6,274 nucleotides of DNA, taken from IMG/VR virus record IMGVR_UViG_2617270976_000005, positions 1 through 6,274 of that record. One strand, 5' to 3'. The position numbers were made by a program, and so were the translations under genes. Source of the DNA: a virus (Duplodnaviria; Heunggongvirae; Uroviricota; Caudoviricetes). A model generated the notes under the pieces. It saw only the letters and a list, made by a program, of their open reading frames with translations, had not been told where the DNA came from and did no database searches. How positions within the stretch are numbered: the first letter of the stretch is position 1; each line of letters opens with the position of its first letter. Shown piece after piece: positions 1 through 5,533 of this stretch.

Positions 1-1
1 T

Positions 2-397
2 GGTCTGAGAAATGATGCCGGAGAATTGATAGGTGTGGCGACAGCCGGTAGACCTGTTGCACGACATTTGGACGATGGATTAACGCTTGAAGTAAATCGC
101 ACATGTACCACAGGAGAACGCAACGCTAACAGCGCGCTTTATGGTGCTGTCTGGCGGGCAGCAAAGGCTATGGGTTATCAACGTTGTATTACGTACACCC
201 AGGCAGATGAATCAGGAGCATCTCTCCGCGCAGCTGGTTTTGTTCGTGTGAAAGAGCTTCCTCCAAGAAAAAGCTGGGCGGAATCAAGCGTCGCCCTGCG
301 GAGTAAACGCGATCCGGTCGGAAACGGTGGTGTTCCTCGTGTGCTCTGGGAAATCAGGAGAATGAGTACCACTGGCATTCGCATCAAAGGAGAGTGA
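2..397 (+). CDS. Hypothetical phage protein, 5'-partial (frame open to window edge; first in-window starts are TTG 26 / GTG 35)
   Basis: Open frame from position 2 to TGA 395-397, protein-like composition, stop 1 nt before the next ATG (399). No family recognised from memory. Confidence 0.5.
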   Translation, partial: GLRNDAGELIGVATAGRPVARHLDDGLTLEVNRTCTTGERNANSALYGAVWRAAKAMGYQRCITYTQADESGASLRAAGFVRVKELPPRKSWAESSVALRSKRDPVGNGGVPRVLWEIRRMSTTGIRIKGE

Positions 398-398
398 T

Positions 399-662
399 AT
401 GGCAACTTTGACAAAAAAAGAACAAGCATGGTTGAGCGAATTACAGGACGTTCTTGATCGCTGTCCATCACCGAAAAAAATTGGTTTTTACACCATTGGC
501 GATAAAAGCATTTACCTGTATGACCTGCGCCGCATGGATGAAATCATGGAGGCTCTTGATAATCGTTCGTCAATGGATTGGTGTGTTGCTGTCCATGATA
601 TGAATGCAGGGTTTGATGAAAAGATTTTGTTCCCCTCATCAGTTGAAAGCACTGCGGGTTAA
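399..662 (+). CDS. Hypothetical protein, 87 aa
   Basis: ATG 399 preceded by AAGGAG (387-392, 6-nt spacing); tightly coupled to the upstream ORF; provided ORF track. Function unknown. Confidence 0.55.
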   Translation: MATLTKKEQAWLSELQDVLDRCPSPKKIGFYTIGDKSIYLYDLRRMDEIMEALDNRSSMDWCVAVHDMNAGFDEKILFPSSVESTAG

Positions 663-672
663 GGAGTAACAC

Positions 673-978
673 ATGACCACTATTACCAAAGAACGTATTG
701 AATTGTTCATTAAAAACCCGCTTGAAAACGGGCTTACCCGTGGTGAACAAATGGAACTGGCACGGATTGCGCTGGCATCGCTGGCAGCAGAGCCAGCCGG
801 TAAATTGCATGAATACAAACCAGTGGGATATCAGCGTCTGGTCGATGAGTTAACCATGCTGGTAAAGCAGTTAACCTGGCAACTGAGGAAAGCGAAGCCA
901 GACTGCAAATTACCGGATAAGGCGATGAGTTATCTGGAGCGGAACGGACTGATAAGCGTGGAGGATATTTTACGATGA
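673..978 (+). CDS. Hypothetical protein, 101 aa
   Basis: ATG 673 preceded by AAGGAG (661-666) overlapping the upstream stop; ORF track. Function unknown. Confidence 0.6.
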   Translation: MTTITKERIELFIKNPLENGLTRGEQMELARIALASLAAEPAGKLHEYKPVGYQRLVDELTMLVKQLTWQLRKAKPDCKLPDKAMSYLERNGLISVEDILR

Positions 979-1058
979 CCTGGCCTGAAGCATTAACAAC
1001 GGTAGGAATTGCGATGGCGGTGGCGCTGGTGGTGTATTCGATTTGCCGCTGGGGATAA
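975..1058 (+). CDS. Putative 27-aa hydrophobic micro-protein (MTWPEALTTVGIAMAVALVVYSICRWG)
   Basis: ATG 975 overlaps the stop of the preceding ORF (ATGA), GGAGG 11 nt upstream, single predicted transmembrane-like segment. Below the ORF-track size cutoff; my own translation. Confidence 0.25.
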   Translation: MTWPEALTTVGIAMAVALVVYSICRWG

Positions 1059-1065
1059 AAACGGT

Positions 1066-1093
1066 TTGCGGGAAAAGGAGAGTTAAGTAGAAT
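1066..1093 (+). promoter_or_regulatory. Candidate sigma70 promoter for the hok transcript (TTGCGG, 16-nt spacer, TAGAAT)
   Basis: Hexamers read by eye at 1066-1071 and 1088-1093; would give a leader of about 170 nt before hok. Not computed. Confidence 0.2.
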
Positions 1094-1269
1094 TGCAGCG
1101 GGTGCTTGAGGCTATCTGTCTCAGGCATGAACACCAAAAGGCAGATAGAGAAAAGCCCCAGTTAACATTACGCGTCCGGCAAGACGCTTAACATTAATCT
1201 GAGGCCATATCTATGCTCTACACACGTAGGTTAGCCTCTTACGTGCCGAAAGGCAAGGAGAAGCAGGCT

Positions 1270-1425
1270 ATGAAGCAGCAAAAGGCGATGCTAATCGCCC
1301 TGATCGTCATCTGTTTAACCGTCATAGTGACGGCACTGGTAACGAGGAAAGACCTCTGCGAGGTACGAATCCGAACCGGCCAGACGGAGGTCGCTGTCTT
1401 CACAGCTTACGAACCTGAGGAGTAA
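1270..1425 (+). CDS. hokD: Hok/Gef-family type I toxin, 51 aa (membrane-depolarising peptide)
   Basis: Translation MKQQKAMLIALIVICLTVIVTALVTRKDLCEVRIRTGQTEVAVFTAYEPEE matches my recollection of HokD/RelF and is near-identical to Gef. AAGGAG 1255-1260, 9 nt before ATG 1270. An in-frame upstream ATG at 1213 would give a 70-aa form. Confidence 0.85.
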   Translation: MKQQKAMLIALIVICLTVIVTALVTRKDLCEVRIRTGQTEVAVFTAYEPEE

Positions 1426-1494
1426 GAGACCGGGCGGGGGAGAAATCCCTCGCCACCTCTGATGTGTCAGGCATCCTCAACGCACCCGCACTTA

Positions 1495-1521
1495 ACCCGC
1501 TTCGGCGGGTTTTTGTTTTTA
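1495..1521 (+). terminator. Rho-independent terminator downstream of hok
   Basis: ACCCGC / UUCG loop / GCGGGT hairpin followed by TTTTTGTTTTT. Confidence 0.7.
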
Positions 1522-1644
1522 TTTTCAACGCGTTTGAAGTTTTAGATGGTGCCGGAATAGAATCAAAAATACTTAAGTAGCGCGCAGGGAGAAGAGGGAT
1601 GGACCCCGAAGGGGAAGAGCTATTTATCTGGAAGGATTCTGAAG

Positions 1645-1818
1645 ATGAAAATCGAAGAATTACGTGAAATTTTTAGTGAAGATGGCCTCTATGCTGTGCG
1701 CGTTGAGAATGGGGGTATTACCTACACAGCGTTAATTCCTGATGATCATGTAGTGTTATCTGTTGAGGCATTCATTGAATACTTGGAAAGACTCGGTTTC
1801 AAGGTAGTTCGGGAATAA
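1645..1818 (+). CDS. Hypothetical small acidic protein, 57 aa (MKIEELREIFSEDGLYAVRVENGG...)
   Basis: ATG 1645 with AAGGA 8 nt upstream; protein-like composition; my own translation. Not in the ORF track (under cutoff). Confidence 0.4.
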   Translation: MKIEELREIFSEDGLYAVRVENGGITYTALIPDDHVVLSVEAFIEYLERLGFKVVRE

Positions 1819-1826
1819 GTTATAAT
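1797..1826 (+). promoter_or_regulatory. Candidate promoter with consensus -10 TATAAT (1821-1826) and weak -35 (TTTCAA/TTCAAG)
   Basis: Perfect TATAAT hexamer directly after the stop of the 57-aa ORF; the -35 is poor. Confidence 0.3.
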
Positions 1827-1877
1827 ACGTGAGCCAGCCTGAACAACTGGCAACCTGCAGCGCCATTGGAGATGACA

Positions 1878-2138
1878 ATGGCGCATAATTTCAAATTTCG
1901 CAATTCTGATTCTGCCTTTGCCAGCAGGCACGGGTGGCGTTCTCACGCATTCAAATATGACTGGTATCAGCACGATCCCTGTACTGAAGAACAGGCCGAA
2001 TGGCTGATTCATAACTACCGCAGACGTGGATATGAGTTTAGGAAAGCCCTCAGTGGCGCTTATTGTTCGCCAGCAGCGACTGAAATTAAGCCTGTCCGGA
2101 CGGCTGGCAATAAAAATTATTGCAGAGCCACCGGATAA
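1878..2138 (+). CDS. Uncertain ORF, 86 aa; 3' part overlaps rusA out of frame
   Basis: ATG 1878 with GGAG 6 nt upstream; the first ~50 codons look protein-like, the remainder is an alternate-frame read of the RusA-like region. May mark a mosaic junction. Confidence 0.25.
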   Translation: MAHNFKFRNSDSAFASRHGWRSHAFKYDWYQHDPCTEEQAEWLIHNYRRRGYEFRKALSGAYCSPAATEIKPVRTAGNKNYCRATG

Positions 2139-2307
2139 GCGTCGTCGTGACCTGGACAATATTCTGAAAGCACCACTGGATGCGCTGACGCACGCGGGGT
2201 TGTTAATGGACGATGAGCAGTTTGATGAAATCAATATTGTACGTGGCCAGCCAGTATCTGGTGGACGGCTGGAGATAAGAATTACAGAGGTGGGTGTGCA
2301 TGAATAA
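2026..2307 (+). CDS. rusA: RusA-family Holliday-junction resolvase homolog, apparently N-terminally truncated (93 aa versus about 120 aa)
   Basis: ...AEPPDKRRRDLDNILKAPLDALTHAGLLMDDEQ...GGRLEIRITEVG aligns with the catalytic acidic region of E. coli RusA (PDRRRRDLDN...DALTKAG...DD...GGRLELTITEMG) as I recall it. In-frame TGA at 2005-2007 blocks upstream extension, and the GTG/ATG start has no clear RBS. Confidence 0.6.
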   Translation: MDMSLGKPSVALIVRQQRLKLSLSGRLAIKIIAEPPDKRRRDLDNILKAPLDALTHAGLLMDDEQFDEINIVRGQPVSGGRLEIRITEVGVHE

Positions 2308-2989
2308 CCAGTATTTACAGTTTGTTCGTGAGCAACTCATGATTGCCACTGCAGATCTCAGTGGGTCGACAAAATGCCAGCTGGAAGCCTGGCAGGAAAA
2401 TGCCCTGTTCGATACAGGGCGTTACAGACGCAAAAAAATTCGTTACCGCGATGAGGTAACCGGAAAAATGATCACGCGGGATAATCCCCCGATCCAGGGT
2501 AAACAATCACTGGCGAAAGGCTCATCAATTGCGCTGGTCAGTCCTGTTGAGTTTGCAACATCATCGTGGCGGCGTGCCGTTCTGGAACTGGAAGAACATC
2601 AGAAGGCGTGGTTGTTGTGGTGTTATGGCGGAAACATTTGCTGGGAGCATCAGATCGCGATAACGCAGTGGGTGTGGAGTGAATTTAAAACTCAGTCCGG
2701 CTCCAGAAAAATTGCAGTGAAAACGCTGGAGCGTGTGAAGAAGTTGATCTGGCTGGCGGCACAGGATGTCAGAGGATGGGTTACCGGGTGTGAGGTCTAC
2801 CAGAGACAGGAGCTTGCCAGACTGTGTGGAGTTAAGCCTGATAACTGGAGCCATAATTATGCGAACTACTGGCGTGAGATGTGCGATATTTTTAAGCGCC
2901 TCGATAGAGAATCCTTGATTTGCTCCGTGAAAATAAGAGCGCAACAAAAAGCGACCTTTTCACGACGAGATATTGCAAAAGTCAATTAA
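2300..2989 (+). CDS. Putative late-gene antiterminator Q-like protein, 229 aa
   Basis: Call rests mainly on synteny: overlaps the rusA stop, AGAGG RBS, followed by a promoter-like element and strong hairpin terminator, then late cargo. No similarity to lambda Q itself; family assignment would need an HMM search. Confidence 0.55.
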   Translation: MNNQYLQFVREQLMIATADLSGSTKCQLEAWQENALFDTGRYRRKKIRYRDEVTGKMITRDNPPIQGKQSLAKGSSIALVSPVEFATSSWRRAVLELEEHQKAWLLWCYGGNICWEHQIAITQWVWSEFKTQSGSRKIAVKTLERVKKLIWLAAQDVRGWVTGCEVYQRQELARLCGVKPDNWSHNYANYWREMCDIFKRLDRESLICSVKIRAQQKATFSRRDIAKVN

Positions 2990-3010
2990 ATCGCGTATGT
3001 TTCGTATAAA
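2973..3010 (+). promoter_or_regulatory. Candidate late promoter (PR'-like): TTGCAA, 17-nt spacer, TATGTT; alternative -10 TATAAA at 3005-3010
   Basis: Hexamers read by eye, overlapping the 3' end of the Q-like gene, about 45 nt upstream of the hairpin terminator. Confidence 0.2.
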
Positions 3011-3050
3011 TCTGATATTTTGCCGATTTTGTACGTGATGGCAAAGTAAG

Positions 3051-3078
3051 AAAAAACCACCGCCAGGTGGTTTTTTTT
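3051..3078 (+). terminator. Rho-independent terminator (tR'-like), possibly bidirectional
   Basis: AAAAAA-CCACC-gcca-GGTGG-TTTTTTTT: short GC stem flanked by an A-tract and an 8-T tract. Confidence 0.7.
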
Positions 3079-3201
3079 ATGTCCGAAAATCGCGTCAGTA
3101 CAGTAAACGCGCTGGTGGTTGCGAATACGGGTCTTTCAGCTTGCTGGCTTTTTCGACAAGAGTTATTGGTATGTCACGTTAACCGGAAAAGGGAAAAAGA
3201 C

Positions 3202-3399
3202 ATGCTAAAACAGCAGGATATGACAGAAACCGCCAGAGTGGTGTTTAATGAATTAAGCGTTACCGACCCGGCGACAGTCAGGGAGATTGCGCAGAATACT
3301 TACCTTTCACGCGAACGCTGCCAGTTAATACTGACCCAGCTGGTTATGGCGGGTCTGGCAGACTATCAGTTCGGTTGTTACAGACGCCTTCAGTCCTGA
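3202..3399 (+). CDS. Small winged-helix-like DNA-binding protein, 65 aa (possibly PapI/FaeA-like)
   Basis: ATG 3202 with AAAGGGA upstream. The TVREIAQNTYLSRERCQLILTQLVMAGL segment has helix-turn-helix spacing that I can align by eye with PapI ([26 protein letters not shown]). The longer ORF-track version (3067) starts inside the terminator T-tract and was not used. Confidence 0.4.
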   Translation: MLKQQDMTETARVVFNELSVTDPATVREIAQNTYLSRERCQLILTQLVMAGLADYQFGCYRRLQS

Positions 3400-3412
3400 A
3401 GGCTTTTTTATT
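3386..3412 (+). terminator. Hairpin with U-tract overlapping the stop codon of the small wHTH ORF
   Basis: GCCTTCAG-tc-CTGAAGGC followed by TTTTTTATTT. Confidence 0.55.
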
Positions 3413-3550
3413 TGTGGTAAATGGGCGGCTGGTGGGTGTTAGGGGCACTCACCAGCCATCTGCTCATGCGTCCGGATCACAAGCAAACCTCAGGCCCATC
3501 TGCTTTGCGCAAAAGCAGAATGAGCCTATCAGAGACAGGCTTAATGATCC

Positions 3551-4600
3551 ATGTTTAACACTGTAAAAATATCCAGTTGTGAGTTGATCAACGCTGACTG
3601 CCTGGAATTTATCCGGTCGTTACCCGAAAATTCTGTTGACCTGATAGTCACGGACCCGCCGTACTTTAAAGTGAAGCCTGAGGGCTGGGATAACCAGTGG
3701 AAGGGCGACGATGATTACCTGAAGTGGCTGGACCAGTGTCTGGCGCAGTTCTGGCGGGTGCTGAAACCTGCCGGAAGTCTTTACCTGTTCTGTGGCCATC
3801 GCCTGGCGTCTGACATTGAAATCATGATGCGTGAACGCTTCAGTGTGCTGAACCATATTATCTGGGCGAAGCCGTCCGGACGCTGGAACGGGTGCAACAA
3901 GGAAAGCCTGAGGGCATATTTCCCCGCCACAGAGCGCATTCTGTTCGCGGAACATTATCAGGGGCCGTATCGCCCGAAAGATGCCGGGTATGAGGCGAAG
4001 GGCAGGGCACTGAAACAGCATGTGATGGCCCCGCTGATTTCTTACTTTCGTGATGCGCGCGCGGCCCTGGGGATAACGGCAAAACAGATTGCAGATGCCA
4101 CAGGAAAGAAAAACATGGTGTCGCACTGGTTCAGTGCCAGTCAGTGGCAGCTACCGAACGAAAGCGATTATCTGAAATTACAGTCGCTGTTTGCCCGGGT
4201 GGCAGAAGAGAAACATCAGCGCGGTGAACTGGAAAAGCCCCACCACCAGCTGGTGGATACGTATACGTCACTGAACCGGCAGTATGTGGAGCTGCAGAGT
4301 GAATATAAGCATCTGCGGCGGTATTTTGGTGTGACGGCGCAGGTGCCGTACACGGATGTGTGGACACATAAACCGGTGCAGTTCTATCCCGGGAAACATC
4401 CGTGCGAAAAACCGGCAGAAATGCTGCAGCAGATAATCAGCGCAAGCAGTCGTCCGGGTGACCTGGTTGCAGATTTTTTTATGGGCTCAGGTTCAACGGT
4501 AAAAGCGGCACTGGCGCTCGGGCGTCGTGCGATTGGCGTTGAACTGGAGACCGGACGTTTTGAGCAGACAGTCAGGGAAGTTCAGGATTTAATCGTTTGA
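3551..4600 (+). CDS. DNA methyltransferase, N6_N4_Mtase family (beta-class amino-MTase, likely N6-adenine), 349 aa; no adjacent endonuclease
   Basis: N-terminal catalytic motif IV LIVTDPPYF (nt 3653-3664) and C-terminal AdoMet motif I DFFMGSGST, in beta-class order, with a central HTH-like insert (ITAKQIADATGKKNMVSHWF). An in-frame TGA at 3545-3547 fixes the start at ATG 3551; the RBS is weak. Confidence 0.9.
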   Translation: MFNTVKISSCELINADCLEFIRSLPENSVDLIVTDPPYFKVKPEGWDNQWKGDDDYLKWLDQCLAQFWRVLKPAGSLYLFCGHRLASDIEIMMRERFSVLNHIIWAKPSGRWNGCNKESLRAYFPATERILFAEHYQGPYRPKDAGYEAKGRALKQHVMAPLISYFRDARAALGITAKQIADATGKKNMVSHWFSASQWQLPNESDYLKLQSLFARVAEEKHQRGELEKPHHQLVDTYTSLNRQYVELQSEYKHLRRYFGVTAQVPYTDVWTHKPVQFYPGKHPCEKPAEMLQQIISASSRPGDLVADFFMGSGSTVKAALALGRRAIGVELETGRFEQTVREVQDLIV

Positions 4601-4611
4601 AACGGATGAGA

Positions 4612-4641
4612 TTGCAGAATTAATTACGCACCATTATTATT
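4612..4641 (+). promoter_or_regulatory. Candidate promoter for the tRNA cluster (TTGCAG, 17-nt spacer, TATTAT)
   Basis: Hexamers at 4612-4617 and 4635-4640 place a start site about 2 nt before the first tRNA. Confidence 0.35.
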
Positions 4642-4649
4642 CTGCTTCC

Positions 4650-4725
4650 GGCCCTTTAGCTCAGTGGTGAGAGCGAGCGACTCATAATCGCCAGGTCGCT
4701 GGTTCAAATCCAGCAAGGGCCACCA
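4650..4725 (+). tRNA. tRNA with CAU anticodon, most likely tRNA-Ile2 (lysidine type, ileX/ileZ-like); tRNA-Met not excluded
   Basis: Manual cloverleaf: acceptor GGCCCTT/AAGGGCC, D-arm GCTC/GAGC, anticodon loop CUCAUAA, T-loop TTCAAAT, encoded CCA. Close to E. coli ileX as I recall it. Confidence 0.85.
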
Positions 4726-4732
4726 TCACAAA

Positions 4733-4812
4733 CCGCCATTAGCTTATCAGGAAGAGCAGACGACACGATAACAGGGTTGTTGGTGCGGGGGCGGGTCCCC
4801 GATGGCGGTCCA
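4733..4812 (+). pseudogene. Degenerate tRNA-like relic between the two tRNAs
   Basis: Perfect 7-bp acceptor stem CCGCCAT/ATGGCGG, then the same TA + GCT(T) start of the D-arm as the flanking tRNAs, a discriminator and CCA; but no foldable anticodon arm and a non-canonical 6-nt T-loop (GCGGGT). Confidence 0.3.
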
Positions 4813-4825
4813 TTATCGGTATTCA

Positions 4826-4902
4826 GCGTTGTTAGCTCAGCCGGACAGAGCAATTGCCTTCTAAGCAATCGGTCACTGGTTCGAATCCAGTACAGCGCGC
4901 CA
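4826..4902 (+). tRNA. tRNA-Arg, anticodon UCU (reads AGA, and AGG by wobble)
   Basis: Manual cloverleaf: acceptor GCGTTGT/ACAGCGC (one G-U pair), D-arm GCTC/GAGC, anticodon stem ATTGC/GCAAT with loop CUUCUAA, T-loop TTCGAAT, encoded CCA. Confidence 0.9.
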
Positions 4903-5009
4903 TATTCATTCTTCCAGATTCCTTTCGGCAGAGCCTTATACTGAAATATACCTGGCTCAGGATATTGTTGAAAATATTATATGTTTGTCAAAAATAAAAG
5001 TTCTGTTAA

Positions 5010-5366
5010 GTGTTGATTGAGTGTTTGTTATACGGTCTAATGGTTTTTTCAGCATTAAATATTTATCATTCATATGGTGTGGGTAGAGTGAATATTGATG
5101 AGGCGTCGGGGTGTTTCATCCTTAGGCAGCGTATTGATATAGTCAATGCAGAACGAGCAAAGGCCTTCAGCCGTTTGACAGTTTTGTTCTGTACTCCTGA
5201 TCGTCTTTCGGGAAGAGACGTTATTATTCTGAATAGTGATGCTATACAGAGGGTTTGCGATGAGTTCATGGTGGCTAATTCAGAATTATTTGCTCTTGTT
5301 CAGGAGTACAACAGAATAGCCAGGACCTGTGGTATGGATGAACTTCGGATTACTCATCTGGGGTAG
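5010..5366 (+). CDS. Hypothetical protein in an AT-rich cargo region, 108-118 aa depending on start (GTG 5010 or ATG 5040)
   Basis: ORF track. Composition is more protein-like than the overlapping antisense frame, but neither start has a convincing RBS. No family recognised. Confidence 0.3.
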   Translation: MLIECLLYGLMVFSALNIYHSYGVGRVNIDEASGCFILRQRIDIVNAERAKAFSRLTVLFCTPDRLSGRDVIILNSDAIQRVCDEFMVANSELFALVQEYNRIARTCGMDELRITHLG

Positions 5367-5446
5367 ATACATATCTGGATTATCACCGGTTACGGTAAAA
5401 AGTGATTGCTTACTGTTTTTGTGAATGGCATTGCAGCAGCCGGATA

Positions 5447-5533
5447 ATGTCAGTGCTGGCTGACGGTGTGCTGGTGGCGGGTGTGGTGGTTGCTGCTTTC
5501 CCGTTGCTGAAAAAGAAAACGCTAGACTGTTAG
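5447..5533 (+). CDS. Speculative 28-aa hydrophobic peptide (MSVLADGVLVAGVVVAAFPLLKKKTLDC)
   Basis: My own translation; single hydrophobic stretch with C-terminal KKK. Weak RBS; an in-frame GTG at 5402 would give 44 aa. May be a chance ORF in GT-rich sequence. Confidence 0.15.
   Translation: MSVLADGVLVAGVVVAAFPLLKKKTLDC

Noticed and set aside
178-810. Minus-strand ORFs 178-471 and 544-810
   Set aside because: Antisense to coupled + strand ORFs with good RBSs; Ser/Arg/Cys/Pro-rich composition typical of antisense frames; no RBS.
1746-2234. Minus-strand 162-aa ORF
   Set aside because: Antisense to the 57-aa ORF and RusA-like region; low-complexity Ser/Arg-rich translation; conflicts with the recognisable RusA motif on +.
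2315-2947. Minus-strand ORFs 2315-2506 and 2561-2947
   Set aside because: Lie entirely inside the Q-like gene on the opposite strand; no RBS; likely open by chance.
3067-3201. N-terminal extension of the wHTH ORF (start at 3067 or ATG 3079)
   Set aside because: The start would sit inside the terminator hairpin and T-tract with no RBS; the internal ATG 3202 has a G-rich RBS and begins the HTH-like part.
3375-3566. 63-aa + strand ORF across the methyltransferase leader
   Set aside because: Spans a terminator hairpin and the repeat-rich intergenic region, no RBS, low-complexity translation.
3620-4367. Minus-strand ORFs 3620-4126, 3858-4082 and 4131-4367
   Set aside because: All antisense to the clearly identified methyltransferase; Pro/Arg/His-rich translations.
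4650-4902. tRNA genes as a prophage attachment site or genome end
   Set aside because: They lie mid-operon between the methyltransferase and cargo with no adjacent integrase, so they are phage-borne tRNAs rather than an att site.
5066-5269. Minus-strand 67-aa ORF in the cargo region
   Set aside because: No RBS, Ser/Arg-rich composition, overlaps the more protein-like + strand ORF.
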